64,000 bases of DNA from Syntrophorhabdaceae bacterium (GTDB lineage: Bacteria > Desulfobacterota > Syntrophorhabdia > Syntrophorhabdales > Syntrophorhabdaceae): the NCBI GenBank assembly GCA_963665295.1, contig OY762209.1, positions 3,456,001 through 3,520,000 of the forward strand, written 5' to 3'. The notes beneath the pieces are model-generated. The model did not search any database and was not told the DNA's origin. It was given only the letters and a program-made list of their open reading frames with translations. Both the position numbers and the translations under genes were made by a program. Each line of letters opens with the position of its first letter. Within the stretch, counting starts at the first letter, position 1. This document shows, in pieces, positions 48,640-64,000 of the stretch.

Positions 48640-49989
48640 ATGGAAGGCGACGGCAAGCTCAAGGAATGGGACAAAAAATATATTTGGCATCCTTTTACGC
48701 AGATGCAGGAATACATGGAGACGGACCCCCTGGTGATCGAAAAGGGTGAAGGGTTTTACCTCATCGATTCCGAGGGAAGACGGTATATTGACGGTGTATC
48801 CTCACTCTGGGTACTGGTTCACGGGCACGGGAAGAAAGAGCTTATCGATGTCATCAGGGAGCAATCAGGGAGACTTTGTCACTCCACGCTACTCGGCCTC
48901 GCGAACGCGCCCGCGGTTTTACTTGCCAAGAAACTCGTAGAGATAACACCCCGCGGTTTGGAAAAGGTTTTTTATTCCGATAACGGGTCTACGTCGGTGG
49001 AGATTGCCCTGAAAATGGCATACCAGTACTGGCAGCAGAGGGGTGAGAAGACGAGGAAGCGTTTTATCTGTTTCAGTAACGGATATCACGGCGATACTAT
49101 CGGCGCGGTGAGCGTGGGTGGGATCGACCTGTTTCATAAGGTATACAGGCCACTTCTGTTTAAGACGTATAAGTCGCCGTCCCCGTATTGCTATCGTTGT
49201 CCCTTGAAGCTGGAGAAGGAGAGCTGCGGCATGGCGTGCGTGGCGGAATTCGAGAAGATTGTGGCTGCGCATAAGAATGAACTGTGTGGAGTGATAATCG
49301 AGCCGGTGGTTCAAGGGGCGGGGGGCATGATCGTGCAACCCGAGGGTTTTCTCTCATCGATCCGAAGGATCACAAGAGAACACGGTCTCTTCCTCATCAC
49401 GGACGAGGTGGCTACCGGTTTTGGTAGAACAGGGTCCATGTTCGCGTGCGGGAGAGAAGGGGTCGAGCCCGATTTCCTCTGTGTGGCAAAGGGCATCACG
49501 GGCGGATACATGCCGCTCGCGGCGACGATGACCACGGAAGAGGTGTTCGAAGGCTTTCTCGGAAGGTTCGACGAATTCAGGACGTTCTTCCATGGTCACA
49601 CGTACACGGGAAACCCCCTGGCATGCAGTGTGGCCGTCAGGAACCTTGAGCTCTTCGATAGTGAGAGCCTCATGGAGAAGATGCAGCCCCGGATCGAGAT
49701 GCTCGAGAAGGGTCTGGCGAGGTTCAGGGACCTGGCCCACGTGGGAGAGGTGAGACAGGCGGGCTTCATGGTGGGCATTGAGATCGTGAAGAATAAAAAG
49801 ACGAAAAGACTTTACGCTCCTGGAGAAAAGATAGGTCACAGAATAATAACGGAGGCACGAAACCGCGGTGTGGTGATACGGCCGCTCGGCGACGTGATAG
49901 TCCTTATGCCCCCCATTGCGATTGGGGCCGACATCCTTCAAGAACTGCTCGATGTGACGTACGAGAGCATAAAATTGGTGACAGGATGA
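48640..49989 (+). CDS. bioA: Adenosylmethionine-8-amino-7-oxononanoate transaminase
   Basis: IWHPFTQM, DGVSSLW, SDNGSTSVEIALK, YHGDT, DEVATGFGRTG, AKGITGG, HGHTYTGNP. Confidence 0.96.
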   Translation: MEGDGKLKEWDKKYIWHPFTQMQEYMETDPLVIEKGEGFYLIDSEGRRYIDGVSSLWVLVHGHGKKELIDVIREQSGRLCHSTLLGLANAPAVLLAKKLVEITPRGLEKVFYSDNGSTSVEIALKMAYQYWQQRGEKTRKRFICFSNGYHGDTIGAVSVGGIDLFHKVYRPLLFKTYKSPSPYCYRCPLKLEKESCGMACVAEFEKIVAAHKNELCGVIIEPVVQGAGGMIVQPEGFLSSIRRITREHGLFLITDEVATGFGRTGSMFACGREGVEPDFLCVAKGITGGYMPLAATMTTEEVFEGFLGRFDEFRTFFHGHTYTGNPLACSVAVRNLELFDSESLMEKMQPRIEMLEKGLARFRDLAHVGEVRQAGFMVGIEIVKNKKTKRLYAPGEKIGHRIITEARNRGVVIRPLGDVIVLMPPIAIGADILQELLDVTYESIKLVTG

Positions 49990-50398
49990 TGCGGGATGTC
50001 GTCTATCCGTATGCAATCGCCTCTTCCGAGGGGAAAATATTCCCTGAGGCAAGAGTGAGTTTTTCTCTGTGCTTTCAGTGTCTTCCGCTCGTAAAAGACC
50101 GACTGGGGCGGAACGGCGACAGGGTAGGGCCAAAAAAGTTCTGGATATAAGAGATGAGTTGTGCTAATATGAACCCATGTTAACGCTACTGCAAAACAAC
50201 AAAGCCGGAGATAGAACAAACGATTTCCGGAATAGTGGTTGTGTACTTGGAAGTGAAGCAGGATGCTTGCCGATGCCCACCAGTTGTGCTCTTAATAAGA
50301 TGCATGTCTCTAAGGTTCTTGGTTACAGCCTCGTTTTAACTTCAGTAGTCGGGACCGAAACGGGAAAATGTTTTTGCGAAAGTATTTCTCGGAAGTCC

Positions 50399-50426
50399 TT
50401 GACAACGTCTGAAAAATAAGTATACT
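50399..50426 (+). promoter_or_regulatory. rRNA operon promoter
   Basis: TTGACA-16 nt-TATACT; boxA-like TGTTCTTTGAAA at about 50459-50470. Confidence 0.8.
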
Positions 50427-50523
50427 TAATACTGCTTCAAGGTTGAGCATTTAGCAATTGTTCTTTGAAAAGAAAATAGTAGGTCCTCGTTCAAGTATGA
50501 AATTTGAACAATTTTTGACAGTT

Positions 50524-52088
<1,565 letters not shown>

Positions 52089-52136
52089 AGAACTTAGAAC
52101 GAGGGCCTACTATTTGAATATTTTGAAATTAACCTG

Positions 52137-52213
52137 GGGCCTATAGCTCAGGTGGCTAGAGCGCACGCCTGATAAGCGTGAGGTCGATAGTTCAAGTCTA
52201 TCTAGGCCCACCA
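52137..52213 (+). tRNA. tRNA-Ile (GAT)
   Basis: GGGCCTA...TAGGCCC-ACCA cloverleaf; anticodon loop CTGATAA. Confidence 0.97.
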
Positions 52214-52288
52214 TGAGTAGTCATGAGTCCCCGGCTGAAGGCCTTAAGGGTCCTGCCGAGGGCGTACACTATTTCTGGAGAGATAGTT

Positions 52289-52364
52289 GGGGGTGTAGCT
52301 CAGATGGGAGAGCGCCTGCCTTGCACGCAGGAGGTCATCGGTTCAATCCCGTTCACCTCCACCA
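52289..52364 (+). tRNA. tRNA-Ala (TGC)
   Basis: GGGGGTG...CACCTCC-ACCA with G3:U70; anticodon loop TTTGCAC. Confidence 0.97.
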
Positions 52365-52417
52365 GCACGTTTCGAATGTTCTTTGACAACTATATATGTT
52401 TAAGATTTTTGATTTAT

Positions 52418-55427
<3,010 letters not shown>

Positions 55428-55481
55428 TAAATCAAAAAATTAAACATATATGGTTGTCAAAAAAGTTTGGGAATATAAGTT

Positions 55482-55599
55482 TCCCGGTGACCATAGCACA
55501 GAGGCAACACCCGTTCCCATCCCGAACACGGTAGTTAAGCTCTGTTACGCCGATGATACTGCAGGGGGGACTCTGTGGGAAAGTAGGTAGTTGCCGGGA
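55482..55599 (+). rRNA. rrf: 5S rRNA
   Basis: CACCCGTTCCCATCCCGAACACGG...AGTAGGT; termini TCCCGGTGAC/GTTGCCGGGA pair. Confidence 0.97.
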
Positions 55600-55607
55600 T
55601 TAAATTG

Positions 55608-55645
55608 TAAAGACCCAAGGAAGAAATTCCTTGGGTCTTTTGTTG
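55608..55645 (+). terminator. rRNA operon terminator
   Basis: AAAGACCCAAGGAA-GAAA-TTCCTTGGGTCTTT followed by TGTT. Confidence 0.9.
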
Positions 55646-55802
55646 TGTGCGCCCGGGAGGGTGCACTGGAGGTGAAAGTAGGCTGCTGTGTCGGCCCGTG
55701 CTTCACGGGGGGGCAACCTGAGGGAGACGATCGAAGGATTCCCGGGAGGGGCGCTGCGGCGGTGGTGGCGGAAAGGGGGCGTACCGGTGCAGACCGTGGA
55801 GC

Positions 55803-56420
55803 CTACCGGGTGAGTTGAAGGAGCGTCTTCCCCATGCCGGGGGCAATGGGGAGGGTATAGGTTGATTGCGCGCCGGGATCGATGAATATGATGTATCCCT
55901 CGTCAAATATGCAGACCACCTCTTTCCCTGTCCTATTGTGGGCCTTGATGAGGTTCGAGAGCTTTCCCACGTCGGTCCCTCCTTCGACAAAGAGTTCCCT
56001 GACCCTTCGGGCGAGGGGTGGTTGAAAGAATATGCGGGCGAACTCGCGAGAATCAAAACGCAGGCATTCAGAGGCTATTACAGGCACTCCTTCTCCCTGC
56101 CCGGTCGAAGCGCCCCAACGGACAACACGGAGGCCGTCGGGCAGGGCCGGGTCTTCTGCCTTTTTGCTTTTGTGGTAGTAAGCTGCGATTGTGAAAGGCT
56201 TTGGGTGAGGAACTGCTGGTTTGTTCAGGTCTCCGGCGTAAGCATTCCCCGACAGGCTCAGCCCGTTCAGCCACGACTCGACGGAAATAAAGGACCTGTC
56301 CTGAGAATTTATCGCTTTATCAGCGAAAGGCGGTCCCGCGACTGGGGGCGAGAGGAGCTTCATGGCCCCCGGCCATAACGTTGCGCCAAGAATGGTTATG
56401 AGGATGAGATTGAGCCGCAT
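55803..56420 (-). CDS. Hypothetical exported or membrane-anchored protein
   Basis: 205-aa ORF with hydrophobic N-terminus; no recognised motif. Confidence 0.5.
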   Translation of the reverse strand: MRLNLILITILGATLWPGAMKLLSPPVAGPPFADKAINSQDRSFISVESWLNGLSLSGNAYAGDLNKPAVPHPKPFTIAAYYHKSKKAEDPALPDGLRVVRWGASTGQGEGVPVIASECLRFDSREFARIFFQPPLARRVRELFVEGGTDVGKLSNLIKAHNRTGKEVVCIFDEGYIIFIDPGAQSTYTLPIAPGMGKTLLQLTR

Positions 56421-56541
56421 AGGACTTTCTTTGGAGTTAAGCCGTATAATGCCGTCTGTCTATAGTAAACCGGTTTTGATGACTTTGCAAGGAAACTATC
56501 ACGGTCCGGAGCGGGCCGGCAAAGGGCCTGCATGGAGGCAA

Positions 56542-59178
56542 TCAAGGGTGGTCACGGTTTGTGTTGGAATCCTGGGCTTCGTCGAATCTGAACCCGTCCG
56601 CGCGGAAGAGTCTGATACATACGTCCACAACCCGGCGGTCGTAGAGGATGTCTCTGTTTTTCGCGATTTCTTCAAGAGCGGTCTCTATGCCGAGTCCGGG
56701 CCGGTAGGGGCGGTGTGAGGCTATGGCCTCCACTACATCGGCCACGGCAAGGACACGTGCTTCGAGAAGAATCTGGTCGCCTCGAAGTCCCTGGGGGTAG
56801 CCCGAGCCATCGATACGCTCGTGGTGCTGCAGAACGGTTTCGGCGATGGGGTAGGGTAACCCCGCCTCCTTAAGGATGTTGTATCCCGATTGTGCATGTA
56901 GTTTTATGAGCCCGTACTCTACGTCCCTCAATTTTGTGGGTTTGCTCAATATCTCGGCAGGCACCGATATCTTGCCGATGTCGTGGACGATGCCCGCCAT
57001 CCGTATGTTGTCCAAGGTATCCTTAGGGGTCCCCAATTCGCGGGCAATGGCATAAGCGAGACTCGAGACTCTCTTCTGATGGCCCGAGGTGTAGGGGTCC
57101 CTCGTCTCCACGGTGAGTGACATGGCGCGGATGGTGCCCGCGAGACTATCGCTCAGTTTCCCCATAGTCCGTTTGAGTTCTTCGTCAGCGGCCCTGCGGG
57201 AGGTGATGTCTTCGGCTGTCCCTTCGTAGTAAAGAATCCTTCCGTTGATATTCCGTACTGCATGGAAGTTTAGGGAGCACCAGAAGGTTGAACCATCTTT
57301 CCTATAAAGTTGCGCTTCGAACCCCTTCACAACCCCGCGTTGTTCGAGAAGTTCTACACATTGTGCTCTGTCCTCGGGATTTACATAGAGACGTTGCCCG
57401 AGGTCGGTAACACTGGCAAGCATTTCCTCCGGACTCCGGTAACCGTGTATATGAGCCATGGCCGGATTGACACTTAACATGTGTCCTTCGGGAGTGGTCT
57501 GGAAGATTCCCTGCGCGGCGTTCATAAAAATGTTGCGATATTTTTCCTCAGCCTCCCGGAGAGAGTCCTCCGTCTTTTTTCGGTTCGTTATGTTCAGACC
57601 CGCCCCGCGGCAACCGGCAAACCTTCCGTTCAAATCAAAGATCGGGATACCACTTACCTCTTCCCAAAGAACGTCGCCGGTTCTTGTGATATCACGATGG
57701 ACAAGTCTGAACGGCCGTCTTTGCATGATGGCCTCGCCAAGCGCCTTTTTCACCCTTACTGCATCTTCCGCCGGCATGTACTCGAATGCGGTGTGTCCCA
57801 GGAGTTCCTCCGGCATGTAGCCCTTGACTGAGGAGACTTTATCGGAGACGTAGGTATGAATTCCGAAACGGTCTGTTTCCCATATATACTCACCTGCTGC
57901 CTCACTGATGTCACGGAAACGTTGCTCGCTTTCCCTGAGCCTTTTTTCTGCCTCTTTTTGCTCTGTAATTTCTTCGAAAGTCGTGTACACCATGTAAGGT
58001 TTCTTTTCCTGTTCCCGAAACCAGGGTACTGCATGGACCTTTACCCAACGATGCCTCCCAGTGGCGGGGTTCATTATTCCCAGGACCACATTGCTCACTT
58101 CTTTTCCAGTCTTCAGGGCGATCGCGCCAGGTCGTTCATCCAAGGGACAGTCCCTGCCGTCTTCGTGGACGATCTTCAGTTTCGGGTTGAAGGACGTGCA
58201 TTCGCCGATTGAATCGGGAGCGAGGCCAAGTATCCTTTCTGCCGCAGGGTTGACCGATATTATTGTCCCTCTTTCATTGCGGTATATGACGCCCTGAGCC
58301 ATGGTTTCGAAGAGGGTCCTGTACTTTTCTTCGGCCCGCTTTCTCTCGGTGATATCGATTACCACCGATCTTAACCCCACAACTCTGTTCCCGCGGACAA
58401 TCGGACTGCTGTATGTGAGGGCAGGGAATCGGCTGCCGTCCTTCTTCACAAGGATATACTCATTTCCCTCGACCCGTTCGCCTTGTAAGGCCTTCGCGAT
58501 GTTCTTCCGGGCCCTGTCGTGCTCTTCCGGGGCAAGTATCTGAAAGACGTTCACGCCTCTCTGAAAGTCCTCCCGCGTATAGCCTGTAGTAGTATAGCTA
58601 TTCATGTTTACGAAGGTGAAGTTGCCTTCCTCATCCAGTTCCGAGATCATTTGTGGAAGGAGGTCGGCGAGTTCCCGGAACCGTTTCTCGTTGTCCTTCA
58701 AAACATGTTCCGTCTTTGCACGTTCGGTGATATCGCGGAGGAGACCCTGAATGACCATTTCACCTTCCAGGACGATGAGGGTCAGGCCCATCTCGGCTTC
58801 GAAGGGTGTTCCATTGCAGCGGAGGTGCGTCCAGCGGAAGAACTGAGGTTCGCCACGAAGGGCAGCGTCCATCTTCATGCGGAAGGCGCGGGTCGAGTGG
58901 GTACCGTCAGGCTGATGGTTCGGAAAAAATCGAAACAGGTTCTCTCCGATGACCTGCCGGTCCGCGCCTCCAAGTATCTTCAGAGCCTTTGAATTGCAGG
59001 CAACCAGGGTCTCCTTCTTCAGAAGGAAAAACGCTTCCCGTGAGTTCGCAAAAACCCTTTCGAAGTTGGACTCGAAGTGAGCCAACGGATCCCCTTCCGC
59101 CATCTTATCCCGCTGGAAGGCGGAAAGGGCACTCTTTTGGTCACGGTCCTTGCGGTCCATCAAGACAGTATCCCCCAT
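56542..59178 (-). CDS. Multi-PAS HD-GYP phosphodiesterase
   Basis: About five PAS domains; RDPYTSGHQ, HDIGK, HHERIDGSGYP, HRPYRP; GAGGAGG RBS. Confidence 0.92.
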   Translation of the reverse strand: MGDTVLMDRKDRDQKSALSAFQRDKMAEGDPLAHFESNFERVFANSREAFFLLKKETLVACNSKALKILGGADRQVIGENLFRFFPNHQPDGTHSTRAFRMKMDAALRGEPQFFRWTHLRCNGTPFEAEMGLTLIVLEGEMVIQGLLRDITERAKTEHVLKDNEKRFRELADLLPQMISELDEEGNFTFVNMNSYTTTGYTREDFQRGVNVFQILAPEEHDRARKNIAKALQGERVEGNEYILVKKDGSRFPALTYSSPIVRGNRVVGLRSVVIDITERKRAEEKYRTLFETMAQGVIYRNERGTIISVNPAAERILGLAPDSIGECTSFNPKLKIVHEDGRDCPLDERPGAIALKTGKEVSNVVLGIMNPATGRHRWVKVHAVPWFREQEKKPYMVYTTFEEITEQKEAEKRLRESEQRFRDISEAAGEYIWETDRFGIHTYVSDKVSSVKGYMPEELLGHTAFEYMPAEDAVRVKKALGEAIMQRRPFRLVHRDITRTGDVLWEEVSGIPIFDLNGRFAGCRGAGLNITNRKKTEDSLREAEEKYRNIFMNAAQGIFQTTPEGHMLSVNPAMAHIHGYRSPEEMLASVTDLGQRLYVNPEDRAQCVELLEQRGVVKGFEAQLYRKDGSTFWCSLNFHAVRNINGRILYYEGTAEDITSRRAADEELKRTMGKLSDSLAGTIRAMSLTVETRDPYTSGHQKRVSSLAYAIARELGTPKDTLDNIRMAGIVHDIGKISVPAEILSKPTKLRDVEYGLIKLHAQSGYNILKEAGLPYPIAETVLQHHERIDGSGYPQGLRGDQILLEARVLAVADVVEAIASHRPYRPGLGIETALEEIAKNRDILYDRRVVDVCIRLFRADGFRFDEAQDSNTNRDHP

Positions 59179-59413
59179 GTCCGGAATCCCTCCTCAGGTA
59201 CGGTACCACAATGTACCTGTATAATGTTGATTAAAGTACTATGAATTGTAACATGAGAAAAACACAGTGTAAAGGCCCTGCGTTTCGGGAGAAGAAAATG
59301 TCTGCGGCCATGGGGCATGCCTGTCGTGCGATGACCGTAAAGAGCACGCTTCCGGAGTCCCCTTCCAATGGATTGGCCCACAGGCACCTCCGGGACGGGG
59401 TGTAAAGCCTTCC

Positions 59414-59442
59414 TTGACAAAGGCCGGGGGGGCCTTTAAAAT
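59414..59442 (+). promoter_or_regulatory. Putative sigma70 promoter with palindromic spacer
   Basis: TTGACA-17 nt-TAAAAT; spans AAAGGCC-GGGGG-GGCCTTT. Confidence 0.6.
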
Positions 59443-59509
59443 ATACCATCCTTCGTTCCGGCACCCGATATGAAGGACAGCGCTGAATCACACGCCAGGG
59501 AGGGAAAAG

Positions 59510-59869
59510 TTGATCAAGTATCTTTTGTACGTGTTGCGCTGGACCGTCCTTGCAGTGCCCGGCGCCTTATTCTTTAACAAGGTAAGGCAGATCTTCGGTA
59601 TAGAGGATGTATATGTAGCCATGGTAGTGAGTCAGGCTATTATGGGCGCCATGGTCTATTTTGTGGATAAACTGATCTTCACTTCAGGCAGAGTACCGGC
59701 TCCCTGGGAGGTGAAGCCGCGGGCTGTCTGCGCTGACTGTGGCCGTGTCGGAAGATGCTACAGGGTTGCCGGCTCGAAGTGTTGCGAAAGACAGGAAACG
59801 GCTGAGGGCAGCCAAGGCTTCAGATGTGAACAGTGCGCGGTCAAACGAATGAAAGAGACCTGCCAATAG
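59510..59869 (+). CDS. Small membrane protein with C-terminal Zn-ribbon-like motif
   Basis: GGAGG RBS with TTG start; two hydrophobic segments; CADC...CEQC. Confidence 0.65.
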   Translation: MIKYLLYVLRWTVLAVPGALFFNKVRQIFGIEDVYVAMVVSQAIMGAMVYFVDKLIFTSGRVPAPWEVKPRAVCADCGRVGRCYRVAGSKCCERQETAEGSQGFRCEQCAVKRMKETCQ

Positions 59870-59913
59870 CGCCCCGCCGTCCTGTACGTCGTCCGATATT
59901 ACCCCTTTGAATA

Positions 59914-60171
59914 TCAGGCTTCGAAGAGCATTTTTTGGACCTGGAGCCCTTTTATCGCCTTCAGTTTGCCTTCGATCTCCGCGTAGGTGCCTTCGTCTCC
60001 GAACAGCTCAAGGAGGATCAGACCGGCGGGAGCACAAAGGTTTTCGGTAACCTCGTGGAGACCGATCCTTGTCTTGATATTGCACCCACATTCGGTGAGC
60101 ACTTTTTGTACCTGCGGGGCGTTTTCAACGCGGTTAGTCACCAGTAGACCGAGGACGCATCTTTTTGCCAT
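59914..60171 (-). CDS. TM1266-like (ACT-fold) putative hydrogenase-system regulator
   Basis: VQKVLTECGCNIKTRIGLHE motif; AAGGAGG RBS. Confidence 0.7.
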   Translation of the reverse strand: MAKRCVLGLLVTNRVENAPQVQKVLTECGCNIKTRIGLHEVTENLCAPAGLILLELFGDEGTYAEIEGKLKAIKGLQVQKMLFEA

Positions 60172-60320
60172 GAATACCTCCTTTAGCGGAATTTTGTCAA
60201 CTCATTGTATCATACACAAAACGGATTCGCCCGGCAATACTATTCGAGCCCGCTTCTGTGGTTCTGGGCCGTTTGCCATAGTCCCGGGATCCAATATGCC
60301 GTGAAAGCCAAGGATGAAGG

Positions 60321-61265
60321 CTATTTGTCTCCGTAGCGTCTACTGTCGTACCGGCCGCCAAGGTCTCGTATCGTTGGACTCTCCCCGCAAAGAGGACAGG
60401 AGGGGTTCCGCTCGACTGTAAAGACCCTTAAATCCGTTTCAAGGCAGTCGTAGATAAGAAACCGGCCCATAAGAGACCGGCCTTTTTTAAGGAGGAGTTT
60501 TACCGCTTCTGCCGCCTGGAGTAAACCTATCTGTCCCGGCACCACGCCAAAAACGCCTGCTTCGCGGCATGTCGGTCCCGGCGGTGGAATCTCAGGCATG
60601 ATGCAGCGAAGACACGGCCCTCCCGCCTTGGGGTGGAACACGCTTACCTGGCCGTCAAAACGCACGGCACCGCCGAAGATATAGGGCTTATTTCTGAAAA
60701 AAGAAGCATCGTTGAGGAGAAACTTCGTGGCGAAATTATCTGAGCCGTCCATTACGATGTCGTACTCTTCGATGATCTCGAGGGCGTTGTCCTGTGTAAG
60801 GCGTTTCTGATGACTGATTACGTTGACCTCTGGATTTGTGCGGAGAATAGTATCCCTTGCCGACTCGACCTTGGGTCTGCCCACGTCCGTGGTTCCGTGC
60901 AGAATCTGGCGGTGAATGTTGCTCAGGTCCACGTCGTCCGAATCTACTATCCCTATGGTGCCTACACCTGCCGCAGCGAGGTAGAGCGCAGCGGGGGACG
61001 CGAGACCGCCCGCGCCGACGAGGAGTATTTTCGACCGGAGCAGGGCTAGTTGGCCTTCCTCTCCGATTTCGGCGAGCAGAATCTGGCGGCTATAGCGCCG
61101 GACCTGTTCCTCCGTCAGGCCGCCACGAGTCTTGACGGAATGACCTGTCTCCAGCGATGCGGCGAACCCGCCTGCCATGGAACGAACATTTTTATATTCC
61201 ACGCGTTCAGGTAACTCCCGCGCCTTTTCTTTACTTTCCCCGGGCGTCCGATCATTTTTGGCCAT
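60321..61265 (-). CDS. moeB: ThiF/MoeB/HesA family adenylyltransferase
   Basis: RYSRQ, VGAGGL, SNIHRQ, DGSDNF, CLRC, TCREAGV, CPLCG; start uncertain. Confidence 0.88.
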   Translation of the reverse strand: MAKNDRTPGESKEKARELPERVEYKNVRSMAGGFAASLETGHSVKTRGGLTEEQVRRYSRQILLAEIGEEGQLALLRSKILLVGAGGLASPAALYLAAAGVGTIGIVDSDDVDLSNIHRQILHGTTDVGRPKVESARDTILRTNPEVNVISHQKRLTQDNALEIIEEYDIVMDGSDNFATKFLLNDASFFRNKPYIFGGAVRFDGQVSVFHPKAGGPCLRCIMPEIPPPGPTCREAGVFGVVPGQIGLLQAAEAVKLLLKKGRSLMGRFLIYDCLETDLRVFTVERNPSCPLCGESPTIRDLGGRYDSRRYGDK

Positions 61266-61515
61266 GCTGCTTCACCCCGTTGCCTTTGGCTGACGCTGCT
61301 GCGTGCGCCGGTCGGATCGATATTGCGTGACCTACATTCTTATTTTCTTTTAATTTGAGGACAAGGGCAAGGCTTATTTTATTCGATATCTTCGCCGGGA
61401 CCTGTTGTTTGTGTGTTTTTGAGCGTATAATTATTAATGGGGCGTGGGTTTGACCAAATCCGGCGCAGTATTGCGGATATGCTTCAGACGGCTTATCATT
61501 CCTTTTGTGAAACGC

Positions 61516-61544
61516 TTGACAAAAGTTTTTTGGAAAAGTATACT
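61516..61544 (+). promoter_or_regulatory. Putative sigma70 promoter of cysK-rrf2-metY
   Basis: TTGACA-17 nt-TATACT. Confidence 0.75.
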
Positions 61545-61626
61545 ATAGCCATATAATTAGTAGACATTTTAGTATGCAAAGAGGGCTTCGGTTTACGCGG
61601 AGTCAATTAAAGGAAGGAGGACGTAT

Positions 61627-62622
61627 ATGGGCAGAATTTTTCAGGATAATTCTTATTCCATAGGCAATACGCCCCTGGTTCGCCTGAACAAGGTGACCGA
61701 CGGTGCAAAAGCGACGGTACTCGGCAAGATTGAGGGCAGGAATCCGGCATACTCCGTGAAGTGCCGCATCGGCGCAGCAATGGTGTGGGACGCGGAGAAG
61801 AGGGGGATATTGAAGCCCGGGATGGAGATCATCGAACCCACTTCAGGCAATACAGGCATCGCCCTTGCCTATGTTGCGGCGGCAAGGGGCTATGGCCTGA
61901 CCCTTACCATGCCCGAGACGATGAGTATCGAGAGGAGGAAAGTACTGAAAGCCTTTGGCGCGAACCTGATCCTCACGGAGGCGGCCAAGGGCATGAAAGG
62001 AGCAGTGGAGACAGCCACCGAAGTTGCCGCGAGCGACCCCTTGCGTTATTTCCTTCCTCAGCAGTTCGAAAACCCGGCGAACCCGGCCGTTCATGAGACC
62101 ACCACTGCCGTCGAGATCTGGAATGACACTGACGGGAAGATGGATATATTTGTATCGGGTGTGGGGACGGGCGGCACCATTACAGGGGTCAGCCGTTATT
62201 TCAAGAAGACAAAAGGCAGGAAGATAATCTCGGTGGCGGTCGAACCGGTCCATTCGCCTGTGCTTACCCAGACGAGGAACGGTGAGGTGTTAAAGCCGGG
62301 TCCCCATAAAATCCAGGGCATAGGAGCGGGGTTCGTGCCCAAGGTGCTGGACCTGGCCTTGGTGGACAGGATCGAGCAGGTCAGCAACGATGAAGCTATC
62401 GAAATGGCCCGCAGGCTTGCAAAACAGGAGGGTATTCTTTCGGGTATCTCCTGCGGCGCCGCAGTGACGGCCGCGGTCCGTCTTGCAAAGGAACCTGCAA
62501 ATGCCGGAAAGACCATAGTGGTGATCCTGCCCGACTCGGGGGAACGTTACCTCTCTACCCCGCTATTTGAGGGCCTTTTCGCCGGAGTGGAAAATGCCAT
62601 GGCGTCAAGCAGCATAATATAA
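61627..62622 (+). CDS. cysK: Cysteine synthase A
   Basis: [48 protein letters not shown]. Confidence 0.97.
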   Translation: MGRIFQDNSYSIGNTPLVRLNKVTDGAKATVLGKIEGRNPAYSVKCRIGAAMVWDAEKRGILKPGMEIIEPTSGNTGIALAYVAAARGYGLTLTMPETMSIERRKVLKAFGANLILTEAAKGMKGAVETATEVAASDPLRYFLPQQFENPANPAVHETTTAVEIWNDTDGKMDIFVSGVGTGGTITGVSRYFKKTKGRKIISVAVEPVHSPVLTQTRNGEVLKPGPHKIQGIGAGFVPKVLDLALVDRIEQVSNDEAIEMARRLAKQEGILSGISCGAAVTAAVRLAKEPANAGKTIVVILPDSGERYLSTPLFEGLFAGVENAMASSSII

Positions 62623-62641
62623 GAAGTGAGGGACGAGGGTT

Positions 62642-63088
62642 ATGAAAATATCGACTAAAGGGAGATACGGTTTAAGAGCCCTTATCGACCTTGCCATATA
62701 CGGAAAGAGCGGTGTCCCCGTGTTTCTCTCGGATATTGCAAGGAGGCAGGAGATTTCGGACAAGTACCTCGAGCAGATAGCTACGCAATTGCAGAGGGCG
62801 GGACTGGTCCGGACCATCCGGGGAAGAAAAGGGGGATATCTTCTGAACAAACCGGCGAACCAGATCAGGTTGAGCGAGATTATCGCGGTGCTGGAAGGTC
62901 CCATTTGTCTCGTTGATTGCGTGAAGGAGCCGGGAACGTGTCTCAAGTCCAACTCGTGTTCCACGAGGGATATCTGGACGGAATTGAGCGACAGGATAGA
63001 AGAGGTGCTTGCGGGGTACACGTTGGAAGATATTGTGAACATGCAGAGCGCCAAGACCGCGATAGAAGGAACGATGTACTACATATAG
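62642..63088 (+). CDS. Rrf2 family transcriptional regulator (Cys-containing)
   Basis: MKISTKGRYGLRA, YLEQI, RGRKGGY, C-x6-C-x5-C. Confidence 0.93.
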   Translation: MKISTKGRYGLRALIDLAIYGKSGVPVFLSDIARRQEISDKYLEQIATQLQRAGLVRTIRGRKGGYLLNKPANQIRLSEIIAVLEGPICLVDCVKEPGTCLKSNSCSTRDIWTELSDRIEEVLAGYTLEDIVNMQSAKTAIEGTMYYI

Positions 63089-63093
63089 CTTGA

Positions 63094-64000
<907 letters not shown>

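Noticed and set aside
48560..48640. BirA operator upstream of bioA
   Set aside because: TGTCAAC and GTAAAC half-sites are present but not arranged as the required inverted pair.
61110..61265. ThiS-like sulfur carrier fused to MoeB (SMAGG, TRGG)
   Set aside because: The extension is only about 50 aa, too short for a ubiquitin-like fold, and the start codon is uncertain.

Overview
Chromosomal window from an anaerobic bacterium; gene content and the rRNA operon suggest a Desulfobacterota syntroph such as Syntrophorhabdus (inference, not searched). Housekeeping content: carB (partial), carA, mnmG, a CCA/poly(A) nucleotidyltransferase, fhs-folD, bioA, a complete 16S-tRNA-Ile-tRNA-Ala-23S-5S operon, and moeB / cysK-rrf2-metY (partial). 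It also holds a TAXI-TRAP transporter, two sensor kinases and three HD-GYP proteins. The most interesting region is a MarR-linked redox cluster at about 16.6-29.3 kb: an OYE flavoenzyme plus ferredoxin, two FAD-linked oxidoreductases flanking an HdrD/GlpC-like CCG protein, and an HcrA-like molybdoenzyme whose FAD subunit lacks the HcrB [4Fe-4S] insertion, with two small metal-binding orphans and CoxG. It is a candidate uncharacterised anaerobic aromatic or heteroaromatic conversion system. Other observations: a 104-bp structured tandem repeat with a degenerate inverted copy 17 kb away; a likely deletion scar joining a cstA-like start to the tail of a lost arsA paralogue; and EndoQ and UvrD genes in frame across a single TGA, each ending in a clamp-binding-like motif. 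No CRISPR array, integrase or transposase was seen. Family assignments come from motif recognition, not database searches.
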